Source of the DNA: Gemmatimonadales bacterium
GTDB taxonomy: Bacteria > Gemmatimonadota > Gemmatimonadetes > Gemmatimonadales > GWC2-71-9
NCBI GenBank assembly: GCA_038321865.1
Contig: JBBQFH010000012.1
Span: forward strand, 15,044 to 79,043
Direction of reading: 5' to 3'
DNA: 64,000 nt
In this document: positions 29,718-39,733 of the stretch, piece after piece
Numbering within the stretch: the first letter of the stretch is position 1
Layout of the letters: every line of letters starts with the position of its first letter
Position numbers and translations under genes: made by a program
Notes under the pieces: model-generated
Database searches by the model: none
Told to the model about the DNA's origin: nothing
Seen by the model: the letters and a program-made list of their open reading frames with translations, nothing else

Positions 29718-31187
29718 ATGGTGCATTTGCCTGACGCCGCCGCCGGGTGCCGCCTTCTGCTGGTCGGACTGTCCGTCGTCGTCGCCTCCTGCGCGCCACC
29801 AGACCCGCCGGCGAACGCGCCGCTCTACGACCTTGTGATCTCGAACGGGCGTGTCATGAATCCCGCATCGGGGCTCGACTCGACCCGACAAATCGGGATT
29901 TCAGGTGGCGTTATTCGGGCGGTCAGCGCGCAGGCTCTGCGCGGTCGAGACACCCTTGATGCGCGCGGAATGGTCGTGGCTCCCGGATTCATCGATCTGC
30001 ATCAACACGCGCAGGACTCGGCAGGGTACCGCGTCGAAGTTCTCGACGGCACGACGACGGCGCTCGAACTTGAAGGTGGAACGGTGGACATCGATCGCTG
30101 GTACGACGCGCGCGCCGGCAAGTCGATCATCAATCACGGCGTAGGCGTCGGACATGACCGGGTCCGCATGCGGGTAATGCATGATCCGGGGACCGATACC
30201 CCGATGGGTCCCGCGAAGTCACGGGCGATGTCCCCTGCGGAAATGGAGGAAATGACATCAATCGTGGATCATGGATTTCGACGCGGTGCGATCGCCGCGG
30301 GAATGATCATCGAGCTGACGCCGGCGGCGACTCCCTGGGAAATCTTGGAAGTGTATCGGGTGGCGGCGAAATACGGTGCGGCCGTGCACGTACACATGCG
30401 CGCGCTCCAGGAACCGCAATATTTTCTCGAGACCGAAGAGGTGATTGCCGCGACGGCAGCGACCGGCGCTGCGTCGCACATCGTGCACATCCAGAGCTCG
30501 GAGGGCGAAGACACGCCGCGCGCGCTGGAGCTGGTTCGCGGCGCGCGCGCGCGCGGGCTGGACATCACGGCGGAGGTATATCCGTACACTGCGTCCATGT
30601 CGAAGATCGAGGGCGCGGACCTTGACGACTGGAAGACATGGTCGAATAGCAAATTCCAGCGTTTTGAGTGGGCGCTGACAGGGGAAAGGTTGACACGCGC
30701 GACGTTTGGCAGGTATCGCGCTATCGGCGGGTTCATCGTGGAATACAGCAATCCCGAAAGCGTCGTCGCTGCTGCCGTCGCCGACTCCCTGACAATGATC
30801 GCCAGCGATGGAATTCTGCACGCCGGCATGGGACATCCACGCGTCGCGGGCACGTTCGCCCGGGTGCTCGGCCACTACGCACGGGACGTCGGAGCGTTGA
30901 CGTTGATGGACGCGCTACGCAAGATGACCATTGAACCGGCGCGGCGGCTCGAACACCGCGTTCCAGCGATGGCGCGCAGAGGTCGCCTCGAGGCTGGAGC
31001 GTCGGCGGACATCGTGGTGTTTGATGCCGCCACGGTGATCGACGGCGCCACATATCGCCAGCCGACACTGCCGCCAACCGGGATTCGTGATGTGCTTGTG
31101 AACGGGGTGCCTGTTGTGCGGGCGGGAGTGCTCCGGAACGGAATCTTCCCGGGACAACCGATTCGAGGTGCGGTCCAGCAGCCCTAG
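29718..31187 (+). CDS. Amidohydrolase, N-acyl-D-amino-acid deacylase / D-glutamate deacylase family; possible lipoprotein
   Basis: VAPGFIDLHQH, HVHMR, EVYPYTAS, IASDG, HPRVAGTFARVLG, ADIVVFD; N-terminal VVASC. Confidence 0.88.
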   Translation: MVHLPDAAAGCRLLLVGLSVVVASCAPPDPPANAPLYDLVISNGRVMNPASGLDSTRQIGISGGVIRAVSAQALRGRDTLDARGMVVAPGFIDLHQHAQDSAGYRVEVLDGTTTALELEGGTVDIDRWYDARAGKSIINHGVGVGHDRVRMRVMHDPGTDTPMGPAKSRAMSPAEMEEMTSIVDHGFRRGAIAAGMIIELTPAATPWEILEVYRVAAKYGAAVHVHMRALQEPQYFLETEEVIAATAATGAASHIVHIQSSEGEDTPRALELVRGARARGLDITAEVYPYTASMSKIEGADLDDWKTWSNSKFQRFEWALTGERLTRATFGRYRAIGGFIVEYSNPESVVAAAVADSLTMIASDGILHAGMGHPRVAGTFARVLGHYARDVGALTLMDALRKMTIEPARRLEHRVPAMARRGRLEAGASADIVVFDAATVIDGATYRQPTLPPTGIRDVLVNGVPVVRAGVLRNGIFPGQPIRGAVQQP

Positions 31188-31240
31188 TAGTCGAGCGATG
31201 CGTATCGCACCTCCGCCGCCGGCGGCATCATTTGCTTCGA

Positions 31241-31894
31241 TCAGGAAGGCTCCGCCCTGGTCTCCGCCTCCCACCCCATGGCCTTGGCCCGGCCGACGAT
31301 GACCGCGGCGGCGCCGGCCAGACCCAGCGCGCCGGTGTTGAGGACCATGTGGTAATGCACCGGGTCGGTCCAGTCGCGCTGATAGTACTCGCGGTGGTAC
31401 CGCTTCCGCATCGCGTCGGTCTCGTCCACGATCTTGGTGACCTCGACCGGATCCATGCCCAGCCGGAGCGACGCGGCGTGGATGCGAAAGGCGCGCGGCG
31501 CGACGAGCTTCACGTGCAGTGCGTCCTCGGTCTGGCCGAGCACCGCGGGTGCCGCGCGCCCCACCAGCACCACCCGTCCCCGGCTCGCCATCTCGGCCAC
31601 CACGGCTTCGGTGATGCGAACCAGCGTTGCCTCGTCGAGATCGGCCACGGTGCCGCCGGCCGGCGGAAAGAGCTCGGGCGTGGCGGCCGCAAGCGTTCGC
31701 GTCAGCCGCTCGACGAAGCCGGGTGCCCGTTCATCGCGGTCGGCGGCCTGCGCCACGGACACGCCGGCCCGCTCCGCCACCTGCTCGATCAGCTCGTTGT
31801 CCACCACGGACCAGCCGAGGGCTTCCGCCACGCGGCGGGCGACGTCGGAACCGCCGGCGCCGAACTGGCGCGAGATGGTGATGACCATGGGCAT
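31241..31894 (-). CDS. Cytidylate kinase-like family protein
   Basis: VITISRQFGAGG, VLVGRAA and YHMVLNT motifs. Confidence 0.85.
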   Translation of the reverse strand: MPMVITISRQFGAGGSDVARRVAEALGWSVVDNELIEQVAERAGVSVAQAADRDERAPGFVERLTRTLAAATPELFPPAGGTVADLDEATLVRITEAVVAEMASRGRVVLVGRAAPAVLGQTEDALHVKLVAPRAFRIHAASLRLGMDPVEVTKIVDETDAMRKRYHREYYQRDWTDPVHYHMVLNTGALGLAGAAAVIVGRAKAMGWEAETRAEPS

Positions 31895-31898
31895 AAAG

Positions 31899-33146
31899 CT
31901 ACGGCAAAACGGGTGAGTGCGCACCGGGGCGGAACGAGGTCCGGCGCAGCACGATCGTCCCCGCCGCGAGGGCACAGGCCACGCCCCCCGACGCAAAGGC
32001 CGCCCGCACGCCGAACCGCTCGGCCAGCCAGCCCATCTGCAGCGAGCCGAACGGCGCCATCCCGAGGGCGACGAACGAGTAGAACCCCATCACCCGCCCG
32101 CGGAGATGGTCGGGGGCCTGGCGCTGCAGGAGGGTGTTCGTGGTGATACCGGAGAGCGCCATGGCGCAGCCCGTCGCGAGAAGCACCAGGCAGGCCGATA
32201 CGAATCCGCCGGCCAGCGATGCTCCGACGAGCAGCACCCCGAAGACTCCGGCACCGCCGACGGCCACGCGCCCCTGGCGCACCCGGCTGCCGAACGCCGC
32301 GAAGGAGAGCGCGCCGACTGCGGCGCCGACGCCCACGGACGAGACGATGACGCCGTATCCGCCGGCGCCCGTGTGGAGCACGTCCCGGGCAAAGACGGGC
32401 AGCATGGTGAGGAACGAGTAGCCGAACACGCTGACGGTGGCGGTCAGGGTGATGAGGGTCCGGGGCCAGCGTTCCCGCGTGACGTAGCGGAATCCTTCGC
32501 GGAGTCCTTCCCGGAATCCGGTGGTGATCTCGCTGGCCACCGGACGGGGTGGCAGGCGCATCATGAGCAGTCCGGCGATCACCGCGATGTAGCTGAGCGC
32601 GTTCGCGAAGAAGCACGCCGCGAGGCCGATCGCCGCGATGAGGACGCCGGCGACGGCCGGTCCGATCACGCGCGAGACGTTGAAGGCCGACGAGTTGAGC
32701 GCGATCGCGTTCATCAGGTCGTCCCGGCCCACCAGGTCCACCAGGAACGCCTGCCGGGTGGGCACCTCGAACGCGACGAGGATCCCGAAGAAGATGGCGA
32801 GTCCCACCACCCAGGCGACGGTCACCAGGTGGAACGCGGTAAGCACGCCGAGCGAGAGCGCCTCGCAGAGCATCAGCGACTGGAGGATCAGGATGAGGCG
32901 ATGCTTGTCCACCCGGTCGGCGAGGACGCCGCCGTACAGGGTGAACAGCAGGATCGGCAGCGAGCCGAGCGCGGTGACCAGCCCCACCGCGAGCGGCGAG
33001 TTGGTAAGCGTCAGCACCAGCCAGCCGTGCGCGACGGTCTGCATCCAGCTGCCGCACAGCGACAGGAACTGCCCGCCCAGAAACAGGCGGAAATTCCGGT
33101 GGCGGAGCGAGGCGAGGGCGGAAACCGCGGGCAGGCGTGCGAGCAC
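31899..33146 (-). CDS. MFS transporter (DHA3/DUF894-like)
   Basis: About 12 TM; LRHRNFRLF, GGVLADRVDK, LRGRVMG. Confidence 0.9.
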   Translation of the reverse strand: MLARLPAVSALASLRHRNFRLFLGGQFLSLCGSWMQTVAHGWLVLTLTNSPLAVGLVTALGSLPILLFTLYGGVLADRVDKHRLILILQSLMLCEALSLGVLTAFHLVTVAWVVGLAIFFGILVAFEVPTRQAFLVDLVGRDDLMNAIALNSSAFNVSRVIGPAVAGVLIAAIGLAACFFANALSYIAVIAGLLMMRLPPRPVASEITTGFREGLREGFRYVTRERWPRTLITLTATVSVFGYSFLTMLPVFARDVLHTGAGGYGVIVSSVGVGAAVGALSFAAFGSRVRQGRVAVGGAGVFGVLLVGASLAGGFVSACLVLLATGCAMALSGITTNTLLQRQAPDHLRGRVMGFYSFVALGMAPFGSLQMGWLAERFGVRAAFASGGVACALAAGTIVLRRTSFRPGAHSPVLP

Positions 33147-33171
33147 GCCGGAAGGTAATTAGACTCAGGCC

Positions 33172-34458
33172 ATGCGGTTCACGACGTATTCGAAATACAC
33201 GGCCGAGCTCGCCGATCAGGTCAACCTCCAGGGCCTGCTCGACCAGCTGGGCGACTTCCTGCTGCAGTCCGGCTTCGCCGGCGGTGACGGCGGGTTCTGG
33301 GGTGACGAGCCCGAAGGCGATCGCTCCCTCGATGCCCTGCGGCAGGCCATCCTCCAGGCCCTGATGGAGTCGGGCCAGCTCACCCCCGACATGCTCAAGG
33401 TCCTCCGCGGCGATACCACGGGAACCGAGGCCGGCGACAGGGAGATCGAGCGGCAGCTCGCCGAGATGCTGGACCGGATCGTTCAGCGGCTGATCGACGA
33501 GGGCTTTCTGAACGTCTCCCAGGCGCCGCAGGTGCCGGCCGGGCATCAGGCGGTCCTCGGCCCCGGCGGCCAGGCGCATTCCGCCGCCCAGCAGGTCCAG
33601 TTCAATCTCACCGACAAGGGCGTCGACTTCCTCGGCTACAACACGCTGAAGAGTCTGCTCGGAAGTATCGGCCGCTCCAGTTTCGGCGCGCACGAGACGC
33701 CCCATCTCGCCACCGGTGTCGAGGCGGAGTCCTCGAGCAAGCCCTACGAATTCGGCGACGTGCTCAACCTCGACGTTCCGGCCACGCTGGGCAACGCGAT
33801 CGCCCGCGAGGGGCTCGGCGTCCCGCTCAATCTTGAGTACGGCGACCTGATGGTGAGCCAGTCGGAGTATCGCTCATCGGCTGCGACGGTGCTGATGCTC
33901 GACTGCTCCCACTCGATGATCCTCTACGGCGAGGATCGGTTTACGCCGGCCAAGAAGGTCGCCCTCGCCCTGACGCACCTGATCCGCACCCAGTTCCCCG
34001 GCGACAGTCTTCGCGTCGTGCTCTTTCACGATTCGGCGGAGGAGATCCCGCTCCGCGCCCTCGCCTCGGCGCAGGTGGGACCGTATCACACCAATACGGC
34101 GGAAGGACTCAAGCTGTCGCGGCGGATCCTGGCGGCGCAGAAGAAGGACATGCGCCAGATCATCATGATCACCGACGGCAAGCCGAGCGCGCTCACCATG
34201 CCCGACGGCCGGGTCTACGTGAATTCGATGGGGCTCGACCCGGCGATCCTCCAGGCCACCTACCGCGAGGTGGCCGAGTGCCGGCGCGCCGGCATCATGA
34301 TCAACACCTTCATGCTGGCGCGGGACAGGAGCCTGGTGGAGTTCGTGAAGCAGGTCGCCGCGATCTGCCGCGGCAAGGCCTACTTCACCAACACCATGAC
34401 GCTGGGCCAGTTCATCCTGATGGACTTCATGAAGCGGAAGACCAAACGGGTGTCATAG
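33172..34458 (+). CDS. VWA (MIDAS) domain protein, likely partner of the ChlI/MoxR-like ATPase
   Basis: MLDCSHSM (DxSxS), HTN and [13 protein letters not shown] residues. Confidence 0.9.
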   Translation: MRFTTYSKYTAELADQVNLQGLLDQLGDFLLQSGFAGGDGGFWGDEPEGDRSLDALRQAILQALMESGQLTPDMLKVLRGDTTGTEAGDREIERQLAEMLDRIVQRLIDEGFLNVSQAPQVPAGHQAVLGPGGQAHSAAQQVQFNLTDKGVDFLGYNTLKSLLGSIGRSSFGAHETPHLATGVEAESSSKPYEFGDVLNLDVPATLGNAIAREGLGVPLNLEYGDLMVSQSEYRSSAATVLMLDCSHSMILYGEDRFTPAKKVALALTHLIRTQFPGDSLRVVLFHDSAEEIPLRALASAQVGPYHTNTAEGLKLSRRILAAQKKDMRQIIMITDGKPSALTMPDGRVYVNSMGLDPAILQATYREVAECRRAGIMINTFMLARDRSLVEFVKQVAAICRGKAYFTNTMTLGQFILMDFMKRKTKRVS

Positions 34459-34479
34459 CCCCTGCGCTCGGCCCGGGAG

Positions 34480-35919
34480 TCAGTTCCCCGAGACTCCCCC
34501 CACCACCCGCTTCGCCATCGTTCCCGCCCTCAGCCGGCCGTTCGCATCGACCTCGTTGATGATGGCGATCTGCGCCACCGGCACGCTCGACGGATACTGG
34601 CTGTTGAACTCCTGGACCGTCATGTCCCGCGGCACGCGGACCAGCTGCACCTTCGCGGCCTGCACGTTGAGCGCCGCCGGATCGGTCAGCGGGCCGAAGC
34701 TGGCCATCGTGCGGCGGAAGAGGGCGTCGTACTGGCTCATGCCGGCTGCCGAGGTATAACCGAGGATCTGGTACGTCGCGTTGCCGTACGACACGAATGA
34801 CACCAGCCCGGCAACGGCCCCCTGATCGGTCTGGGCCTGGAAGTAGCCGGACACCGCCGGCATGCCGTTGATCGTCGTGTTGGTCACGTTGGTGGACTGC
34901 ACCCCCTGCTGGCTGAAGAACTGCTGCGCCGCCGCGCTCGGCGTCCCCTGCCCGAGCGTGAGCTGGATGATGGCATCCTGATTGGGACTCTGAGCCGCCA
35001 CGGCCTGCGCCGTGTTCTGCTTGGCCCACCCGTCGGGGAACGTGAGCTGGAATCGCAGGTCCGGATGCAGGAACACGCCGTTCCTGAAATAGCCCTGCCG
35101 CGGGTCTTCGCCGAACGTCATCCCGCTCACGTGCTGCAGGTACCCGTCGCGATTGACCCGCGCGGCGGCCAGGCTCTTGTGCAGCGTGTCGAGGCGTTGC
35201 TGGGTCGCCGTGATGCGGTCGGCCGGCGCGGGGTGAGTGGCCAGCCAGCCGGGCAGCTTGCCCTGCTGCCCCGATGCCTGATCGAGCCGGTCGAGCGTCT
35301 GGAAGACGCCCGTCATCTGCCGCACGTCGTAGTTGTCGATGAGCGCATAGCGGAAGCCCGCGAGGTCGGCCTCGCGCTCCGCGTCACGCGAATACTGCAG
35401 GAACAGCACGCTCAGCCCGGCGCCGGCCAGCTGGCCGTACCGCGCCACGGTCGGCGACAGAATGCTGCCGATGCCAAGCCCGAGCTGCGCCACCTGGGAC
35501 TTGCTGATCTGACTGACGGAATGGCGGTTGGTGACGTGTCCGATCTCGTGGCCCATCACCGTCGCGAGCTCGGCCTCGTTGTTCATGTACGTCATCAGGC
35601 CGCGCGTCACGAAGACGAACCCGCCGGGCAGGGCGAAGGCGTTGACCGAGGCGTCATCCACCACGTGGAACTCCCACGGCAGCTGCGGCCGCTCGGTCTT
35701 CGCCGCCAGCTCCTTGCCGATCCGCGAGACGTAGGCCTGGAGGGCCGGATCCTTTACCTCGCCGATCTGCTGCAGCGTCTGGGCCGAGGCCTCACGACCC
35801 ATCTGGATCTCCTGCGATTCCGAGATGAGCGCGAGCTGGCTCTTGCCGGTGACGGGGTTGGTAGCGCACCCCGCAACCAGGCCAGCCGAGACGACGACGA
35901 ACGTGAGAAGCCGGGACAT
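34480..35919 (-). CDS. M48 family metalloprotease lipoprotein with C-terminal LysM-like region
   Basis: Lipobox VAGC, NAFALPGG, HEIGH, YSRDAEREAD, THP. Confidence 0.92.
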   Translation of the reverse strand: MSRLLTFVVVSAGLVAGCATNPVTGKSQLALISESQEIQMGREASAQTLQQIGEVKDPALQAYVSRIGKELAAKTERPQLPWEFHVVDDASVNAFALPGGFVFVTRGLMTYMNNEAELATVMGHEIGHVTNRHSVSQISKSQVAQLGLGIGSILSPTVARYGQLAGAGLSVLFLQYSRDAEREADLAGFRYALIDNYDVRQMTGVFQTLDRLDQASGQQGKLPGWLATHPAPADRITATQQRLDTLHKSLAAARVNRDGYLQHVSGMTFGEDPRQGYFRNGVFLHPDLRFQLTFPDGWAKQNTAQAVAAQSPNQDAIIQLTLGQGTPSAAAQQFFSQQGVQSTNVTNTTINGMPAVSGYFQAQTDQGAVAGLVSFVSYGNATYQILGYTSAAGMSQYDALFRRTMASFGPLTDPAALNVQAAKVQLVRVPRDMTVQEFNSQYPSSVPVAQIAIINEVDANGRLRAGTMAKRVVGGVSGN

Positions 35920-36008
35920 GGCATGGGTCTCCGATGGAGGACTCCGGGCCGCCAGTGCGGCGCCAGCGAGCTCAACGGTAGCCCGAATGGCCCGGGAGGG
36001 CTGTGACG

Positions 36009-36043
36009 CACGTCGCGCCGGGCTGGTGGCCCGGCGCGACGTG
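36009..36043 (-). terminator. Perfect 15-bp stem-loop downstream of the Gly-Thr lipoprotein gene
   Basis: CACGTCGCGCCGGGC-TGGTG-GCCCGGCGCGACGTG; no U-tract. Confidence 0.65.
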
Positions 36044-36065
36044 GTTCAGGAGCAGCGAAGGTCGT

Positions 36066-36971
36066 TCAGGGCGCGAGTTGCAGCGTGGTGACCACGCACC
36101 CGGCCGTCGGGTTGCAGGCGATGGCGTCGACGCCGGGGTTCTGCCGCAGCTGGTCGGTCACGTCGCCGTTGAACGCGCCGGTGTACCAGTAGAAGGCCGC
36201 CTGGGTCAGGTCGATCGTCCAGGTGCCGCCGGTGCCGTCGGTCGCGGTGGCGGTGCCGGTACCGGTGGTGTAGTCGCCGGCGGTGCCGTAGTAGACCAGC
36301 TGGCCAGTGACGGTCTGGCCGGTCGTGAAGTTGAGGATCTTCTTGCCCGAGCCGTCGGTCGCGCTGTAGAGCGTCGCCGGCTGGGTGAAGGTGAGCGTCA
36401 GCGTGCTGTTGACCGTGCCGGTCTCGAGGCACTTGCTGTGGTAGGGCGAGGTCCGGTGACCGCCCGGGTTCATCCAGACGCCGATGTAGCCGAGGGAGGA
36501 CACGGTGCAGCTGCCCTTGTTGTTGCGGCCCGCGTGGCCATCGGCCCAGTAGGCGACGCACTTCGGATTGTGCGGCGCGCTGGTGCCGCTGGAGCTGACC
36601 CAGGTGCCATCGGTACCCAGGGCGACATCACCGGTGCACGTGCCGACATTCCACATCGCCGGGCCGCTGGTCAGGAAGATCACCCCGGTCGACGTCCCGT
36701 TGCTGGTGAACGATCCCGTGAGCGTGAGCGAGTAGCTCACCGGCACGGTCACGATCGGCGGCGGCGGCGGCGGGCCGGCGGGGTCGCCGGTCGTGTCGAT
36801 CACGGTACCCGTTCCGGTGCCAGTTCCGGTACCTGTGCCCGTCCCGGTACCTGCGCCCGTCCCGGTAGTACCGCTGGCAACGGTGTTGCCCGGATCAAGG
36901 GGAGTCGGCCGGTCGCAGGCGCTCATCAGGAGAGCGGCGGCCAGCGGGAGCCCAATGTACAGCGTCTTCAT
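36066..36971 (-). CDS. Hypothetical lipoprotein with (GT)n and poly-Pro linker and duplicated Cys-pair motifs
   Basis: Lipobox MSAC; (GT)n tract; PPPPPP; six further Cys. Confidence 0.85.
   Translation of the reverse strand: MKTLYIGLPLAAALLMSACDRPTPLDPGNTVASGTTGTGAGTGTGTGTGTGTGTGTVIDTTGDPAGPPPPPPIVTVPVSYSLTLTGSFTSNGTSTGVIFLTSGPAMWNVGTCTGDVALGTDGTWVSSSGTSAPHNPKCVAYWADGHAGRNNKGSCTVSSLGYIGVWMNPGGHRTSPYHSKCLETGTVNSTLTLTFTQPATLYSATDGSGKKILNFTTGQTVTGQLVYYGTAGDYTTGTGTATATDGTGGTWTIDLTQAAFYWYTGAFNGDVTDQLRQNPGVDAIACNPTAGCVVTTLQLAP
36805..36873 (-). repeat. Gly-Thr dipeptide coding repeat (degenerate 6-nt unit)
   Basis: Encodes GTTGTGAGTGTGTGTGTGTGTGT with synonymous variation. Confidence 0.75.
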
Positions 36972-37029
36972 CTTGACATGCTCACGGTTCGGGGGTCACC
37001 GGAACGAAATCTCGGTGCCCGAACGGAAG

Positions 37030-37044
37030 GCAGAAGGCGTGCCG
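37030..37044 (-). promoter_or_regulatory. Putative sigma-54 (-24/-12) promoter
   Basis: CGGCACG-CCTT-CTGC (GG-N10-GC) about 60 bp upstream of ATG 36971. Confidence 0.55.
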
Positions 37045-37209
37045 CGCACTCGCCAGTGAGCTATGTGCTTATCAATGAATGGGTTGCTGAAATTCGGCTG
37101 GAATGGAGCAGGGGTACGCACCGGCGGATTCCGCGGGAGTTTTCACCCCGATGGCCCGACTGCTGTCGCGCTTCTCGACAGCGGTCGTCCATTTATGATA
37201 CAGCGTTTC

Positions 37210-38760
37210 CTATGGCTGGAAGGCGACTTTGACCGGCGTCGTCGACCCCGCGCTGCCCGTAACCCCGAGCTGGCCGTACTCGTTGTCGCCCCAGCAATAG
37301 GCTGTGCCTGCAGTGGTGACGCCGCAGCTGAACGTCTCGCCCGCGGTGAGCGACTGGAAGACCAGTGAACCGGAGACGGCCACCGGGGCCGTCGTGGCCG
37401 TCCGGGTGCCGTTCCCGAGCTGGCCGAAATCGTTGTTGCCCCAGCAGAAGGCGGCGCCCGCCGTGGTGAGTCCGCAGCTGTGCCGCACGCCCGCCGTGAC
37501 CGCCTTGTACGTCTGCCCGCCGGTGACGGCGCTCGGCGTTGAGCTCGAGACGCCGACCCGGCCCAGCTGCCCATCGTCGTTGTTGCCCCAGCAGAAGATC
37601 GACCCGCCGACGGCCACACCGCAGGTGTGAGCGTAGCCCGCCGACAGGAAGCCCTGGGAGGGCACGTAGAAATCGGGATCCGGGGCGTGCGGCACGAACG
37701 TCGGATCCACCTGGAAGGTGATTCCGCCCGTTACGTTGACCGGCTGAAAGTTCCGGTCGACCCCCGTGGCCGCGCCGAGCTGGCCGCTCAGGTTGTAGCC
37801 CCAGCACCGGGCCTGCCCGGCCACGGTGAGGGCACAGCTGTGCAGTCCGCCGGCCGACACCGTGCGATAGTGCACCGTGCCGATGCCGAACACCGGTCGC
37901 AGGGTATCGGCGTGCGTGTTGGTGGAGGTGTCGCCCAGCTCACCTTCGGCGTTGTTGCCGCCGCACCAGAGATCCTGCGCCAGGCTCAACGCGCAGGTAT
38001 GGCTCCCGCCCGCCGACACCAGCTGGAAGGTGATCGGTGAGTGATTCTGCACCGGAATGTTCGACGGAATCTGCGACTTGTTCAGCAGCCGTCCATCCTG
38101 GTCCGCGCCCGCGCAGTACACCACACCGGAGAGCGTGAGTCCGCAGCTGTGGTACCGGCCGCCACTGACCGTCCGGAAGGTGAGTCCGCCGGAGGCCGGC
38201 GTGGGCTGCAGGGTGTTCGAGGTGCTGCCCGCCATCAGCTGGCCATCGCCGTTGAAGCCCCAGCAGACCGCGCGCTCATCGGTGGTGATGCCGCAGGCGT
38301 GATAGCTCCCCGCCTCGACATAGCGATAGACCAGCGGCGTCCCGCCCGCTCCCCCGCCCGCCCCCGCAGTGGCGGTAAAGGTCGCGGCGGTGAGCCCGGC
38401 GACGGTCGCGGTCGCGGTGTCGGACCCGGCGGTTGCGGCCAGGGTCCAGAGCGTGCTCGAGATGCCGTTGGCATCGGTGGTGTCCACGGCCGGGGACAGC
38501 GTCCCGCCGGTGGCGGTCCAGCGCACCTCCACACCCGGCACGGCCAGGCCGGCCTGATCGGTCACCTTCACGCGCAGCGAGTCGGTCAGCGGCGCGCCGG
38601 TCGCGCCGGTCTGCGCGTCCCCGCCGGCCACCGCGACGGAGGCGGGATCACCCGCCAGCCCCAGCGGCGTGACCTTGTCCTTGCACGCCGTCGCCCCGAG
38701 TGCCACTGCGGCCGCGGCGATCCATCCGCCGTACATCCGCCCCCGGCTCACTGGACGCAC
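37210..38760 (-). CDS. Lipoprotein with Ig-like (Big_1) domain and RCC1/BLIP-II repeats
   Basis: ATAC lipobox; GDAQTG..LRVKVTD..VRWT..TDANG Ig region; repeated AG..HxC...CWGxNxxGQLG; alternative ATG at 38736. Confidence 0.9.
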   Translation of the reverse strand: MRPVSRGRMYGGWIAAAAVALGATACKDKVTPLGLAGDPASVAVAGGDAQTGATGAPLTDSLRVKVTDQAGLAVPGVEVRWTATGGTLSPAVDTTDANGISSTLWTLAATAGSDTATATVAGLTAATFTATAGAGGGAGGTPLVYRYVEAGSYHACGITTDERAVCWGFNGDGQLMAGSTSNTLQPTPASGGLTFRTVSGGRYHSCGLTLSGVVYCAGADQDGRLLNKSQIPSNIPVQNHSPITFQLVSAGGSHTCALSLAQDLWCGGNNAEGELGDTSTNTHADTLRPVFGIGTVHYRTVSAGGLHSCALTVAGQARCWGYNLSGQLGAATGVDRNFQPVNVTGGITFQVDPTFVPHAPDPDFYVPSQGFLSAGYAHTCGVAVGGSIFCWGNNDDGQLGRVGVSSSTPSAVTGGQTYKAVTAGVRHSCGLTTAGAAFCWGNNDFGQLGNGTRTATTAPVAVSGSLVFQSLTAGETFSCGVTTAGTAYCWGDNEYGQLGVTGSAGSTTPVKVAFQP

Positions 38761-39065
38761 CCCGACACCGACCCATTGGGCGCCGTCGTCGTCTGCTCGG
38801 CCTCCACCTCTTCACCCAGCCCGAAGAAGGTGCTGCGGTCGGAGTAGACGCGGAGGGTGCCGGCATCGGTCGCCTTGGTGACGGTCCAGCAGACCGGCGA
38901 GGAGACGGCGTCGAGCGCGTAGGTCTTGTTGCCGTGCCCGGAGATCGGGCCGAAGCCGTCGATCGAGCCGGTCCAGCTGGTGTCGGACTCGATGTGCACC
39001 ACGCGGCCGCCACAGCCGGCGATCAGGAGCGTGGCGACGATCGGGAGCAGTGCTCGGGTGCGCAT
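38748..39065 (-). CDS. Small hypothetical lipoprotein
   Basis: MRTRALLPIVATLLIAGC lipobox; two further Cys; alternative ATG at 39089 overlapping the upstream stop. Confidence 0.75.
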   Translation of the reverse strand: MRTRALLPIVATLLIAGCGGRVVHIESDTSWTGSIDGFGPISGHGNKTYALDAVSSPVCWTVTKATDAGTLRVYSDRSTFFGLGEEVEAEQTTTAPNGSVSGCVQ

Positions 39066-39085
39066 GCCGAAGCCTCGGAGAAAGT

Positions 39086-39733
39086 TCATTGATGGATCGT
39101 GGTGTCGGGCGCGGCATCGGGCACGTTGCTGCCCGGACGCTCCGCCATGGTGAAGGTGCCGAAGCCTCGGGCGTCGAGTGCAAGCCCGGTGCGCATGTCG
39201 CCGTTCCGGTCGGCAAAGGCGAGCGAGGAGGCACCATCCCGCGCGAGGTTGAGCACGGTGCGGCTCCGGCCCGACCCGTCGGCGAAGACCAGCGTGGTCG
39301 TCTGGTCCGGGAGGAGGCCGAGCACCGCGCGCTCGTGGCCCAGCGTGTCGGAGATCGTAATGCCGGACGAGCCGTCCTTGAGTACGGTCACCGCCACGCC
39401 GCCTTCGCCGCGGGTACCCGTCAGCGCCAGCCGGAGCGAGCCGTCATCCGCGATGCCCCAGGCGCCGCGCACCTTCCCGCTGCCATCCCGGATCACGAAC
39501 CGCTGTGCCTCGACCGACTTGGCCACCGTCCCCGGCAGCCCCCGGCGGCCGCCGACGGCGACGAGCGCCATACCCAGGCCAACCAGCACTGCGACGCCCA
39601 CGATCAGGCCGACGGTGAGCCGCCTGAGCCTGGCGTTCTGTTCCTCGAGGTCACCCATCCGGTCGGCCATGCCGCGTTCCAGCTCGTGCATCAGCCCCTT
39701 GAGCTCGGTCGCGTTCGCAGCTGCGTCGCTCAT
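39086..39733 (-). CDS. Hypothetical bitopic membrane protein (coiled coil, TM, beta repeats)
   Basis: ATGA overlap; one TM (LIVGVAVLVGLGMALVAV); repeated DG..L...D..G..R units. Confidence 0.8.
   Translation of the reverse strand: MSDAAANATELKGLMHELERGMADRMGDLEEQNARLRRLTVGLIVGVAVLVGLGMALVAVGGRRGLPGTVAKSVEAQRFVIRDGSGKVRGAWGIADDGSLRLALTGTRGEGGVAVTVLKDGSSGITISDTLGHERAVLGLLPDQTTTLVFADGSGRSRTVLNLARDGASSLAFADRNGDMRTGLALDARGFGTFTMAERPGSNVPDAAPDTTIHQ

Noticed and set aside
36805..36873. Phase-variable microsatellite
   Set aside because: The repeat is synonymous-degenerate and in frame, so it appears selected at protein level rather than being a slippage tract
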